Positions 40,498-55,004 are shown, counted from the stretch's first letter. The stretch: 64,000 bases of DNA from Octopus vulgaris (GCA_951406725.2 OX597818.1:114390001-114454000), one strand, 5' to 3'. Numbers and translations are program-made. Notes: generated by a model not told the origin, from the letters alone.

Positions 40498-40878
40498 CTA
40501 GCAGTATCGCCCGGCGTTGCTCGGGTTTGTTTCGACCCTTTAGAATTGGAATTTTTGAAAAGTAAAAATTTTGCATTATGTAGCTTGTTATTCTCTTTAA
40601 GTGAACATTTTTCTAGTTGAAATATACCGAAAAATGGCCACACATCGTAAAAAATAAAGTTTTTCATAGAAAAAAAAGCACCTTTTTGATGTAAATAATT
40701 TTTGGTGTTAACATGGTCCGATTTGAATTTTTTCTTCTATGGAAGGAAGAGCAAGCCTTCTTCTATCATACTCTCAATTTTGGTCAACTTACGCCGCAGG
40801 GTCTCGGAGGAGATAGTGTTAGTTGAAGGTTACCAAACCTGCCATACACAGACAACTTAAGCCTTATATATAGAGAGA
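40498..40878 (-). mobile_element. Non-autonomous Helitron
   Basis: Minus strand begins A|TCTCTCTATATATAAG and ends with hairpin cccgagcaacgccggg, then cgatactg-CTAG|T. Inserted at AT with no TSD. Confidence 0.85.
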
Positions 40879-41397
40879 TCTGAACATGAATGACAAGAGT
40901 AAGGAATATGCCTTAAGTACATTTTCTGTCTTGTGCTATAACACGTCTCTGTCTGCTCCAACTTATTGCTCATATTTATACGCAGTTCGAAAAATTCGAC
41001 CTGTTTTTGTCTCGCTATTTTCAGCCGTCTATTCGCACTGCGTTTTCTATTCATTCTTTATCAGCCGCTTCATTGATTTTTTGGCCTCTGTAATGAGTTT
41101 CAATGTTTTAGTGCTTAAAAGTCTTGCTTTGAAACTCATTAATTGCTTTAATTTGCTACCACTCACTTCTACTCTTACTACATTAAGACTGCATCACGCA
41201 CGAGACAAATGAATTTCAGGTGTTCCTTCAAGTCCCAGGTAACTATACTTACTACATACACGACCAGCAAGTTTTCTATCTCAAACAGTTGGCTTAGATC
41301 ATTCTTCTTTCCCCGATTAAGTGCGTTTCCTTTTGTCCTGCAGTCTTGAAGATCATATTTTTCAATATGTTTAGAAATGTCATCATTTGCATACATC

Positions 41398-41978
41398 TTT
41401 TCTACTCTAGACACAAGGCCAAAAATTTGTGGGGATGGGGCTAGTCAGTTAGATAGACCCCCAGTACGTAACTGGTACTTAATTTATCGATCCCGTAAAG
41501 ATGAAAGGCAAAGTTGTCCTCGGCGGAATTTGAACTCAGAACCTAAATACAGAAGAAATACCTATTTCTTTACTACCCACAAGGAGCTAAACACAGAGGG
41601 TACAAACAAGGACAGACAAACGGATTAAGTCGATTACATCGACCCTAGTGCGTAACTGCTACTTATTTAATCGACCCCGAAAGGATGAAAGGCAAAGTCG
41701 ACCTCAGCGGAATTTGAACTCAGAACGTAGCGGACAGGCGAAATGCTTATTTCTTTACTACCCACAAGGGGCTAAACATAGAGAAGACAAACAAGGACAG
41801 ACAAACGGATTAAGGCGATTATATCGACCCCAGTGCGTAACTGGTACTTAATTTATCGACCCCGAAAGGATGAAAGGCAAAGTCGACCTTGTCCAAATTT
41901 GAACTCAGAACGTAGCGGCAGACGAAATACAGACACGCATTTCGCTCGGCGTGCTAACGTTTCTGCCAGTTCGCTGCT
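41398..41978 (-). mobile_element. SINE family B trimer
   Basis: One head and three bodies, the distal one with the alternative tail. Confidence 0.85.
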
Positions 41979-43655
41979 TTATCGCGTCAAGAATAAAGCT
42001 ACAAGGACGAAATCGTCAGGTTCAATAATTTAGCCCTTATTATAGATTCAGTGTTTTCACTACCGTTTATCTTTAAAATATTTTACATTGCACGTTTCGT
42101 TTGTTCACAGGGGGAAAACACCAATATGAAACGCATAAATATTTGATAGTAGCGATCTGTATATAATAAAATATGTATAATGCCATTGTAAGTGGTCTAT
42201 TGCTAAATAAAGTCATGCACAACAGAATATTCACCACTCAGAATTTAGTGAGGAAAATTGCTTTTTATTTTATGTTTGCTGTCTTCCCTCCCCTTTTTCA
42301 TCTAACCCAGACATCTAATATAAAAACTGCAATTTCTTTTGCCGGGTGGCGGCGACAGAAACGAATTGAATTCTATATTATCTGGCCTAGTTTAGGCCTG
42401 CCATAGCAATTATTAATTAATGAAGATCATGTAAAAACTAGTCTAATGACTAAACTACAGTAAGTTAAATATCCGGTGGATAACAGCTGTCCCACGCCAA
42501 AACTAAGCCGCGCATCTCACGCCATTCAAGCTATCTATAATATATTGTCCTTGAATAGAAGATGTATAACTCAGATAGTTAAAATGTTGATTATGTGAAT
42601 TTATATCATGTATATTTACTTAAAGTTTTGCTAAGAAAAAACGTCTAATCAAACAAACTGAAGCATGTGGCAAATCTATAACACAACTGTTTGTGTGAGG
42701 TTAATTTCAAGATATTTCAATGATAAACTATTGCTGCAATTATATACAGTACAACTAAAACATGTAGGCATTTGTTGTGTACGAGAAAAGTCAGACTACT
42801 TTCTACCATTTAATTTTGCATTAAATATGTATGTTCATCTGCAAGAATATTGTAATACTTGTTCATACCCAAGACCTTACAATTCTACAAGCCTCACGCC
42901 GACATATGAATCTAATATTTGAAACCATCTTTTGCTTTTGATAACCACGCAACCCAAAATGCTTCCGCACATTGTTTTTAGGCAACCCTACTTGCATACT
43001 CAAAGCTTCAATACCTACCCCTGTGATACACATCGTAGATTACAAGGACCTACAAGTACCCGTAAATTATCTTCCAGGACGCAGTCTGGACAAATCTATA
43101 TTTGTAGAGAAGACCAACAGTTACCCATACAACACATCTCCATGCTCAGGTATTCAATGTTGTCGAAGGGAAAGGTAAGGGCTGATGATGCTTGGCATCA
43201 GTATTGTCACAGGTGAGATAAGGAACCCCAAATCACAGGAACAACTACCGCAAGTTATTTTGTATTCCGCTCTAACACTTTTGATAATCCAGTCCTGGAT
43301 TGGTACCTCCTTATCGATGCCTGAGGAATGAAAGATAAAGCTGAGCTCGGTGGGGTTTATATTCAGAATATCTGATGTTCTAAAACTATCAACTATTTCT
43401 AAGAGAAAACATTTAGCAAAGTGTGATGCAAACCATTCAGTTATTTGAGAATAAAATATTTATTGATGGACCAACAACAAATTAAGTGTTAGGAATTATT
43501 TTAATCGTCAGCCATTTTCTGTAATAACTTCTTATGTAGGCACAAAGCCAGAAATTATTGGAGTAGGAACATTCAATTATATCAACTATAGTACTTGACT
43601 ATACATTAATTTTCGTATTTATTCCGTCTGTACAGGAATTCAAATCTCACCCAAT

Positions 43656-44293
43656 CTTGTGGGTAATAAAGAAATAGGTATTTCGTCTGTCATTACGTTC
43701 TGAGTTCAAATGCCACGCATTAGCAGGGCAAGTAGAAACGATTAAAGCGAGCCTAGAACGCTAGCGAGAGTGTCATTTTATCAAGTCTGTAGAAATAAAG
43801 ACAGCGTTTGACCTCAGAAATGGTTGAACTCAAAAAGTTAAGAAACCGTAAGTCAATACCTCAAAGCTTGGTGTCTGGTACTCAAACAATTCTGCCAGCA
43901 GCATCTACCCTCACTAACCAGATAATGTTCTTATTAAAAGAATTTGTTGAGGACGACGGATTAGTGGGAACGTTAAAACTTGGAAAAACGTAAATTTAGC
44001 CTCAACTTCTTTTAATAAGAACATTATCTGGTTAGTGAGGGTAGATGCTGCTGGCAGAATTGTTTGAATACCAGACACCAAGCTTTGAGGTATCGACTTA
44101 CGGTTTCTTAACTTTTTGAGTTCAACCATTTCTGAGGTCAAACGCTGTCTTTATTTCTACAGACTTGATAAAATGACACTCTCGCTAGCGTTCTAGGCTT
44201 GCTTTAATCGTTTCTACTTGCCCTGCTAATGCTTGACATTTGAACTCAGAACGTAATGACAGACGAAATACCTATTTCTTTATTACCCACAAG
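43656..44293. repeat. ~640-bp palindrome (~290-bp arms, ~50-bp loop)
   Basis: About five mismatches between arms by eye. Explains the mirror-image ORFs 43808+ and 44141-. Confidence 0.95.
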
Positions 44294-45755
44294 GGGCTAA
44301 ACACAGAGAGGACAAACAAGGACATACAAACGGATTAAGGCGATTACATCGACCCCAGTGCGTAACTGGTACTTATTTAATCGACCCCGAAAGGATGAAA
44401 GGAAAAGTCGACCTCGGCGGAATTTGAACTCAGAATGCAACGGCGGACGAAATACGGCTTCGCATTTCACCCGGCGTGCTAACGTTTCTGCCAGCTCGCC
44501 GCCTTATAGCTTCTAAATAAAAGAAATATTTACATCAATGACCTATGCTTGATTTCGTAATTCGATGGGCGTTTTACTCAATTAAAGATTTGCTTTTGCA
44601 ATTGCAGGAGATCAATACTTTTATCAACTCAGACATTAAACTGCTTTTTTTTTCTGCCTTCGCTTTCTCTCTATTTTTTCTCCTCCATCTCGTTCTGTGT
44701 CTATCGATTATCGTATCTCTGATTCTGTCTCCATATTTCCCCCTCTTACACTGTCTCTATGTATGGATCTACTCATTTTCTCTCTCTTTCTTTCTTTCCC
44801 TCCCCCTCTCTCTCACTGTACACACATACATAAATATATATAGGCGCAGGAGTGGCTGTGTGGTAAGCAGCCTGCTTACCAACTACATGGCCCTGGGTTC
44901 GGTCCCACTGCGTGGCACATTGGGAAAATGTCTTCTACTATAGCCTCAGGCCGACCAAAGCCTTGTCAGTGGATTTGGTAGACGGAAACTGAAGGAAGCC
45001 TGTGGTATATATATATTTTGTGTGTGTGTCTGTGTTTTTCCTCCTACCATCAATTGACAACCGATAGAATAAGTATTAGGCTTACAAAAATAATTTCTGC
45101 GGTTGGTTCGTTCGACTAAAGGCAGCGCTTCAGTATGGCTGCTGTCAAATGACTGAAACAAATAAAATAAAAAAAGAGTACACATACACACATATATATG
45201 TGGTGGTTGTCTACTCCTTATGCAAAATTTAGCCACTTCTTGTGCCAACACCCTAGATCCATCATGGTGTCTGATGTGGCTGATGTATTGAAAAGTCATC
45301 CACATAGATGGCATATCTAAGAGCTATTGTTAAGTTCTGATCTTAGTGGATCTTAAAATATCTTTTGAGGTCTCCGTTAGACTTGCAGACCTTATGGGAT
45401 ATGCGGCACTGATGGGCATGCACAGATATAAAGGTAGAATAGTTGGTGGAGGTTATATATATATCCCCATACAAAACAAAACTTCTCGAAAATCGAATGA
45501 CCCCAGTGGTCATTCATTAAAAGAATTAAGGGCATGACTGTTCTCGATTATTGGGACCGCCTTAAAGCATTGAAACTCTATTCTCTCCAGCGCTGCCGTG
45601 AGCGATACATCTTGTGCACGATGTGGAGAATATACCGCCAGCATTTCCCAAACGACTTTAGCATTAACTTTAAAATTCATCCAAGGATAGGGCCACGGGC
45701 CATACGACCCCTACCCAATTCTGGATCAAAACTACTGTTACTACTATTACTACAG

Positions 45756-45807
<52 letters not shown>

Positions 45808-46576
45808 AACTACTGCTGCTGTTGCTACTACAACTACTACTACTACTACTACTACTTCATACACTCATACACATTTAGGTCTACCTATACCTACGCTGCA
45901 CGTAGGACCAGCCCTGAGTTGGGCCTCTGGTTTAAACTGGATTTGGTACCTGCATGTCTACTGCGTCCTACCAACACCTGATACGGTCATACTCCTTCTT
46001 TTACCTAACTGTGAACCCTATCTATACTTTTCTGGGACCTCACATGTCGATGTGACTCGATTCTTTTGAATCATACGGCTAATCAATATACATTACTTAT
46101 GCGCATATATACTTACCACACATTTGTATTTTTATATTTGTGAGTGAGACTAAATAGAATGTTAATGAATAAAGTATTATTAATTTATTAATCCATCTAC
46201 ATAGTCAGTGCACGCCCATAATCTGACAGACTCGTTTAGCTCCGCATATACTCCAGGATTTTGTATACACCATGAACAGCTAAGGTTTTGTAAACTATCT
46301 GTGAACAGGAGATAGATTTTATTTCTCTAAAGACTGTTCGACGCCACACTTGGCTACTCTGGTATTTTTTTATCTGATCGGCTGATAAATTCAATCATTC
46401 TACTACTCTTCTCAACTTACCTTCTTAACAAAGACATTACATAGACAACGTAACTCGAGATTTATAAAAAAACACACAATGATCACGACATCTGGAACAT
46501 ATTAAATCATATTACACACACACACACACATACACATACACTTGTATAATACACATAATGAATCTGTTTTGCGCAC

Positions 46577-46613
<37 letters not shown>

Positions 46614-46935
46614 TCAGAGAGGACCCGGACGTTGAAGTACGTTTCTTCAGCTGAATACACGTCTTTGATTGGTTAACATTACCCAAATACCACAATTTCA
46701 ATACGAAATGACTTGTAAAATACAATATTGTGTCAAAAATGTTGAAAGTAAACCGTATTTAGCGTGAGAAATTACACCAGTATACGAAGTTGCAAACTGA
46801 TCAGTTCTGCTTCTTCAGGGACGATTCTGAGCTAAATAACAACAAAAAACAACAGAAGTTATTATTATTGCGCGAAATAGTATATTGTATGTTTGTAAAT
46901 TGGTTTTCTTCTTTATTTAAAGTTATTAGACCTGC

Positions 46936-47533
46936 TATTTCTTTACTACCCACAAGGGGCTAAACACAGAGAGGACAAACAAAGACAGACAAACGGATTA
47001 AGTCGATTATATTGACCCCAGTGCGTAACTGCTACTTAATTTATCGACCCCGAAAGGATGAAAGGCAAAGTCGACCTCGGCGGAATTTGAACTTAGAACG
47101 TAGCGGGAGACGAAATACCTATTTCTTTACTACCCACAAGGGGCTACCCACAAGAGGACAAACAAGGGAAGACAAACGGTTTAAGTCGATTACATCAACC
47201 CCAGTGCGTAACTGCTACTTAATTTATCGACCCCGAAAGGATGAAAGGCAAAGTCGACCTCGGCGGAATTTGAACTCAGAACGTAGCGGAAGACGAAATA
47301 CCTATTTCTTTACTACCCACAAGGGGCTAAACACAGAGGGGACAAACAAGGACAGACAAACGGATTAAGTCGATTACATCAACCCCAGTGCGTAACTGGT
47401 ACTTATTTAATTGACCCCGAAAGGATGAAAGGCAAAGTCGACCTCGGCGGAATTTGAACTCAGAACGTAACGACAGACGAAATACGGCTTCGCATTTCAT
47501 CCGGCGTGCTAACGTTTCTGCCAGCTCGCCGCC
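46936..47533 (-). mobile_element. SINE family B trimer (duplicated at ~52075-52673)
   Basis: Head plus three bodies. Short flanking direct repeat acctgc. Confidence 0.9.
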
Positions 47534-48208
47534 AACCTGCATATTATCCAAGAAGTTGGATCTAGGGAAATCGGTAGAGCGTCTCTGAGAAACAGCTTTG
47601 TGGCATTTATTTATGCTACTTCATCTTTTCCAAATTCAAACTCCTCCAAAGTCACTTTTATCGGCTGTTGATTCAGGGTTCTGGAGTCTCCTAAATATAA
47701 CAATTGATATAATAACACAGCTATCATAACAGCGTCTGTTCCTCGGAAATACTTAGATACACTTTACCTCCACTCGAAACACTACCATTCCATTTAATTG
47801 TACTTTTCTGATTCTATATTGATATCCTGAATATCAAAACATCTGGCAATCAAGAATTTCAAATTTCAGCAAGGCGTGACTGCTTCAAGGTGCATTCTTT
47901 CTTTAGGGTCGAAACTTTAACTATGAAGAAGGGGTTTTAATTTCACCTTGGTTATAAATATACCAAGCTCAGAACTTCTCATTCATGACTTCAGCAAAAA
48001 ACTCAAAACAAGTTTGCATAGTTTTCAACTATTATTGCGTGACGTAGTTGGGTTTTGCTGGTCACAGCTGTAGTCCGCATCAAATGTTATATTTAGGAGA
48101 TTCCCGAATTCCAATATAAGATAAAAACTCCGACAATGGCAACTATTTTTAAATAAGACTTCTGGCTTTTGCAGCGAGATTTGACGGATATGCGGTCAAC
48201 GGACGCCG

Positions 48209-48250
48209 ACGACTGAAGAAGCATAGTACGTTGAAATCACGTGATCTTGT
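48209..48250 (+). ncRNA. Minimal type-I hammerhead ribozyme
   Basis: acga-CTGAAGA-agcatagtacgtt-GAAA-tcacgtga-TC-ttgt. Perfect palindromic stem III (ATCACGTGAT), AUC triplet, weak stem II. Confidence 0.6.
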
Positions 48251-48503
48251 AGTTCCGGCGCCCATGGCAAACGATTGTCATCTGCAGTGATATATATCTG
48301 TGTTTTAATGTAACATGTATCTATATGAGACAGCCACATGAGGTGGATACCGCAGTATGATGATGCAAACGAAAAAATAGAGATCAAAATATGAGTATAT
48401 GTATTTTTTTTATTAATATTTAGCAGAAGCAACAGAGTGACTCAAGGGCTGAGAGTTTCGTGCGTTGGTACTTATCAGTTTGATATTTATAACAATAATC
48501 ACA

Positions 48504-48575
<72 letters not shown>

Positions 48576-50912
48576 TGGAGAGATAGATAGAGGTAGATAG
48601 ATATGGATATCTATCTATCTATATATATATACATATACATGAATATGTGTGTTAGTGTTTATATATACATATATAACCTTATTGATGCTATGTATATATC
48701 CAATTCTCTATTTTTCCCTCTCCCTGTCTCCCTACTATATTTTATGTGCGCGCACGCACACACACACACACACACATATACATATATATGTGTGTGAGTG
48801 TAGTTATATTTGTATATGTATATATAAATATACATAAATATATACACAGAAATACACACACACGCACACACACATACACACTCTTGATTGTGCCTGCATC
48901 TGCAATTGTTACGTCAATGCATTCATATCTTCAGGATATTAAAAATTCCTGTCTACATATGGAGTATAAATAATCGTATCTGTCTTGAGTAAATTATGAA
49001 AATAATAACCTTTTATCATGGTTGCAAATGACAATAAATCTTCCAGTCAAGAAATTCAAGAATGTTCTTATTAAAAGAATTTGTTGAGGACGACGGATTA
49101 GTGGGAACGTTAAAACTTGGAAAAACGTAAATTTAGCCTCAACTTCTTTTAATAAGAACATTATCTGGTTAGTGAGGGTAGATGCTGCTGGCAGAATTGT
49201 TTGAATACCAGACACCAAGCTTTGAGGTATCGACTTACGGTTTCTTAACTTTTTGAGTTCAACCATTTCTGAGGTCAAACGCTGTCTTTATTTCTACAGA
49301 CTTGATAAAATGACACTCTCGCTAGCGTTCTAGGCTTGCTTTAATCGTTTCTACTTGCTCTGCTAATGCTTGACATTTGAACTCAGAACGTAATGACAGA
49401 CGAAATACCTATTTCTTTATTACCCACAAGGGGCTAAACACAGAGAGGACAAACAAGGACATACAAACGGATTAAGGCGATTACATCGACCCCAGTGCGT
49501 AACTGGTACTTATTTAATCGACCCCGAAAGGATGAAAGGAAAAGTCGACCTCGGCGGAATTTGAACTCAGAATGCAACGGCGGACGAAATACGGCTTCGC
49601 ATTTCACCCGGCGTGCTAACGTTTCTGCCAGCTCGCCGCCTTATAGCTTCTAAATAAAAGAAATATTTACATCAATGACCTATGCTTGATTTCGTAATTC
49701 GATGGGCGTTTTACTCAATTAAAGATTTGCTTTTGCAATTGCAGGAGATCAATACTTTTATCAACTCAGACATTAAACTGCTTTTTTTTTCTGCCTTCGC
49801 TTTCTCTCTATTTTTTCTCCTCCATCTCGTTCTGTGTCTATCGATTATCGTATCTCTGATTCTGTCTCCATATTTCCCCCTCTTACACTGTCTCTATGTA
49901 TGGATCTACTCATTTTCTCTCTCTTTCTTTCTTTCCCTCCCCCTCTCTCTCACTGTACACACATACATAAATATATATAGGCGCAGGAGTGGCTGTGTGG
50001 TAAGCAGCCTGCTTACCAACTACATGGCCCTGGGTTCGGTCCCACTGCGTGGCACATTGGGAAAATGTCTTCTACTATAGCCTCAGGCCGACCAAAGCCT
50101 TGTCAGTGGATTTGGTAGACGGAAACTGAAGGAAGCCTGTGGTATATATATATTTTGTGTGTGTGTCTGTGTTTTTCCTCCTACCATCAATTGACAACCG
50201 ATAGAATAAGTATTAGGCTTACAAAAATAATTTCTGCGGTTGGTTCGTTCGACTAAAGGCAGCGCTTCAGTATGGCTGCTGTCAAATGACTGAAACAAAT
50301 AAAATAAAAAAAGAGTACACATACACACATATATATGTGGTGGTTGTCTACTCCTTATGCAAAATTTAGCCACTTCTTGTGCCAACACCCTAGATCCATC
50401 ATGGTGTCTGATGTGGCTGATGTATTGAAAAGACATCCACATAGATGGCATATCTAAGAGCTATTGTTAAGTTCTGATCTTAGTGGATCTTAAAATATCT
50501 TTTGAGGTCTCCGTTAGACTTGCAGACCTTATGGGATATGCGGCACTGATGGGCATGCACAGATATAAAGGTAGAATAGTTGGTGGAGGTTATATATATA
50601 TCCCCATACAAAACAAAACTTCTCGAAAATCGAATGACCCCAGTGGTCATTCATTAAAAGAATTAAGGGCATGACTGTTCTCGATTATTGGGACCGCCTT
50701 AAAGCATTGAAACTCTATTCTCTCCAGCGCTGCCGTGAGCGATACATCTTGTGCACGATGTGGAGAATATACCGCCAGCATTTCCCAAACGACTTTAGCA
50801 TTAACTTTAAAATTCATCCAAGGATAGGGCCACGGGCCATACGACCCCTACCCAATTCTGGATCAAAACTACTGTTACTACTATTACTACAGCTACTACT
50901 ACTACTACTACA

Positions 50913-50944
<32 letters not shown>

Positions 50945-51713
50945 AACTACTGCTGCTGTTGCTACTACAACTACTACTACTACTACTACTACTTCATACA
51001 CTCATACACATTTAGGTCTACCTATACCTACGCTGCACGTAGGACCAGCCCTGAGTTGGGCCTCTGGTTTAAACTGGATTTGGTACCTGCATGTCTACTG
51101 CGTCCTACCAACACCTGATACGGTCATACTCCTTCTTTTACCTAACTGTGAACCCTATCTATACTTTTCTGGGACCTCACATGTCGATGTGACTCGATTC
51201 TTTTGAATCATACGGCTAATCAATATACATTACTTATGCGCATATATACTTACCACACATTTGTATTTTTATATTTGTGAGTGAGACTAAATAGAATGTT
51301 AATGAATAAAGTATTATTAATTTATTAATCCATCTACATAGTCAGTGCACGCCCATAATCTGACAGACTCGTTTAGCTCCGCATATACTCCAGGATTTTG
51401 TATACACCATGAACAGCTAAGGTTTTGTAAACTATCTGTGAACAGGAGATAGATTTTATTTCTCTAAAGACTGTTCGACGCCACACTTGGCTACTCTGGT
51501 ATTTTTTTATCTGATCGGCTGATAAATTCAATCATTCTACTACTCTTCTCAACTTACCTTCTTAACAAAGACATTACATAGACAACGTAACTCGAGATTT
51601 ATAAAAAAACACACAATGATCACGACATCTGGAACATATTAAATCATATTACACACACACACACACATACACATACACTTGTATAATACACATAATGAAT
51701 CTGTTTTGCGCAC

Positions 51714-51752
<39 letters not shown>

Positions 51753-53102
51753 TCAGAGAGGACCCGGACGTTGAAGTACGTTTCTTCAGCTGAATACACG
51801 TCTTTGATTGGTTAACATTACCCAAATACCACAATTTCAATACGAAATGACTTGTAAAATACAATATTGTGTCAAAAATGTTGAAAGTAAACCGTATTTA
51901 GCGTGAGAAATTACACCAGTATACGAAGTTGCAAACTGATCAGTTCTGCTTCTTCAGGGACGATTCTGAGCTAAATAACAACAAAAAACAACAGAAGTTA
52001 TTATTATTGCGCGAAATAGTATATTGTATGTTTGTAAATTGGTTTTCTTCTTTATTTAAAGTTATTAGACCTGCTATTTCTTTACTACCCACAAGGGGCT
52101 AAACACAGAGAGGACAAACAAAGACAGACAAACGGATTAAGTCGATTATATTGACCCCAGTGCGTAACTGCTACTTAATTTATCGACCCCGAAAGGATGA
52201 AAGGCAAAGTCGACCTCGGCGGAATTTGAACTTAGAACGTAGCGGGAGACGAAATACCTATTTCTTTACTACCCACAAGGGGCTACCCACAAGAGGACAA
52301 ACAAGGGCAGACAAACGGTTTAAGTCGATTACATCAACCCCAGTGCGTAACTGCTACTTAATTTATCGACCCCGAAAGGATGAAAGGCAAAGTCGACCTC
52401 GGCGGAATTTGAACTCAGAACGTAGCGGAAGATGAAATACCTATTTCTTTACTACCCACAAGGGGCTAAACACAGAGGGGACAAACAAGGACAGACAAAC
52501 GGATTAAGTCGATTACATCAACCCCAGTGCGTAACTGGTACTTATTTAATTGACCCCGAAAGGATGAAAAGGCAAAGTCGACCTCGGCGGAATTTGAACT
52601 CAGAACGTAACGACAGACGAAATACGGCTTCGCATTTCATCCGGCGTGCTAACGTTTCTGCCAGCTCGCCGCCAACCTGCATATTATCCAAGAAGTTGGA
52701 TCTAGGGAAATCGGTAGAGCGTCTCTGAGAAACAGCTTTGTGGCATTTATTTATGCTACTTCATCTTTTCCAAATTCAAACTCCTCCAAAGTCACTTTTA
52801 TCGGCTGTTGATTCAGGGTTCTGGAGTCTCCTAAATATAACAATTGATATAATAACACAGCTATCATAACAGCGTCTGTTCCTCGGAAATACTTAGATAC
52901 ACTTTACCTCCACTCGAAACACTACCATTCCATTTAATTGTACTTTTCTGATTCTATATTGATATCCTGAATATCAAAACATCTGGCAATCAAGAATTTC
53001 AAATTTCAGCAAGGCGTGACTGCTTCAAGGTGCATTCTTTCTTTAGGGTCGAAACTTTAACTATGAAGAAGGGGTTTTAATTTCACCTTGGTTATAAATA
53101 TA

Positions 53103-53498
53103 GGAGTGGCTGTGTGGTAAGTAGCTTGTTTACCAACCACATGGTTCCGGGTTCATTCCCACTGTGTGGCACCTTGGGCAAGTGTCTTCTACTATAGCCT
53201 CGGGCCGACCAAAGCCTTGTGAGTGGATTTGGTAGACGGAAACTGAAAGAAGCCCGTCGTATATATGTATATATATGCGTGTGTGTGTTTGTGTGTTTGT
53301 CCCCCTAGCATTGCTTGACAACTGATGCTGGTGTGTTTATGTCCCCGTTACTTAGCGGTTCGGCAAAAGAGACCGATAGAATAAGTACTGGGCTTACAAA
53401 AGAATAAGTCCCGGTGTCGAGTTGCTCGATTAAGGTGGTGCTCCAGCATGGCCGCAGTCAAATGACTGAAACAAGTAAAAGAGTAAAAGAGTAAAGAG
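53103..53498 (+). mobile_element. Near full-length SINE family A insertion with TATA target-site duplication
   Basis: Empty site gttataaaTATAccaag at ~47951-47967. Filled site TATA[ggagtggc...gtaaagag]TATA. A/B boxes, CORE-like ccttgggcaagtgtc segment, internal (TA)/(TG) microsatellite, (GAGTAAAA)n tail. Confidence 0.95.
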
Positions 53499-53748
53499 TA
53501 TACCAAGCTCAGAACTTCTCATTCATGACTTCAGCAAAAAACTCAAAACAAGTTTGCATAGTTTTCAACTATTATTGCGTGACGTAGTTGGGTTTTGCTG
53601 GTCACAGCTGTAGTCCGCATCAAATGTTATATTTAGGAGATTCCCGAATTCCAATATAAGATAAAAACTCCGACAATGGCAACTATTTTTAAATAAGACT
53701 TCTGGCTTTTGCAGCGAGATTTGACGGATATGCGGTCAACGGACGCCG

Positions 53749-53790
53749 ACGACTGAAGAAGCATAGTACGTTGAAATCACGTGATCTTGT
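53749..53790 (+). ncRNA. Duplicate of the 48209 hammerhead
   Basis: Identical sequence inside duplication copy 2. Confidence 0.6.
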
Positions 53791-54043
53791 AGTTCCGGCG
53801 CCCATGGCAAACGATTGTCATCTGCAGTGATATATATCTGTGTTTTAATGTAACATGTATCTATATGAGACAGCCACATGAGGTGGATACCGCAGTATGA
53901 TGATGCAAACGAAAAAATAGAGATCAAAATATGAGTATATGTATTTTTTTTATTAATATTTAGCAGAAGCAACAGAGTGACTCAAGGGCTGAGAGTTTCG
54001 TGCGTTGGTACTTATCAGTTTGATATTTATAACAATAATCACA

Positions 54044-54117
<74 letters not shown>

Positions 54118-54638
54118 TGGAGAGATAGATAGAGGTAGATAGATATGGATATCTATCTATCTATATATATATACATATACATGAATATGTGTGTTAGTGT
54201 TTATATATACATATATAACCTTATTGATGCTATGTATATATCCAATTCTCTATTTTTCCCTCTCCCTGTCTCCCTACTATATTTTATGTGCGCGCACGCA
54301 CACACACACACACACACATATACATATATATGTGTGTGAGTGTAGTTATATTTGTATATGTATATATAAATATACATAAATATATACACAGAAATACACA
54401 CACACGCACACACACATACACACTCTTGATTGTGCCTGCATCTGCAATTGTTACGTCAATGCATTCATATCTTCAGGATATTAAAAATTCCTGTCTACAT
54501 ATGGAGTATAAATAATCGTATCTGTCTTGAGTAAATTATGAAAATAATAACCTTTTATCATGGTTGCAAATGACAATAAATCTTCCAGTCAAGAAATTCA
54601 AGAATTAAGGGCTAAACAACAACAACAACAACAACAAC

Positions 54639-54671
<33 letters not shown>

Positions 54672-54676
<5 letters not shown>

Positions 54677-54931
54677 CAGAAACAATTCCTATCATAGTAG
54701 GTGCATTAGGCATGATAAAAAAATATTCAGACAAATACATAACAAAAACACCAGGACTTACAAACACATATAACATACAGAAAATTGCACTACTAGGCAC
54801 TGCACACATCCTACGCAGAACACTTTCCATACAATAACCATCAGAGCATCACAACAAATCACAGCACATACCCAAGGCACACAGAGCTGCGCTCGGTAGT
54901 GAAGTGAAATCACGCTATAAAAATAAAACTA

Positions 54932-54935
<4 letters not shown>
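54672..54935 (+). mobile_element. R4/Dong-type 3' end inside (AAT)n
   Basis: IPIIVGALGMIKK..IQKIALLGTAHILRRTL* plus short UTR, with (AAT)n on both sides. Confidence 0.85.

Positions 54936-55004
<69 letters not shown>

Larger units (their letters stand above)
43924..49060 (+). repeat. Tandem duplication, copy 1 (5137 bp)
   Basis: Nearly identical to 49061-54602. The ORF track repeats with offset 5137. Confidence 0.97.
49061..54602 (+). repeat. Tandem duplication, copy 2 (contains an extra 400 bp: SINE plus TSD)
   Basis: Junction ...gaaattcaag|aatgttctta... with 3-bp AAT microhomology. Confidence 0.97.

Noticed and set aside
42981-43175. Possible exon (GNPTCILKASIP...) with AG/GT boundaries
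   Set aside because: No recognisable motif or neighbouring exons.
43808-44141. Repeated MTSEMVELKK ORFs as a gene family
   Set aside because: They are a by-product of the palindrome and tandem duplication, start at TTG, and have no recognisable domain.
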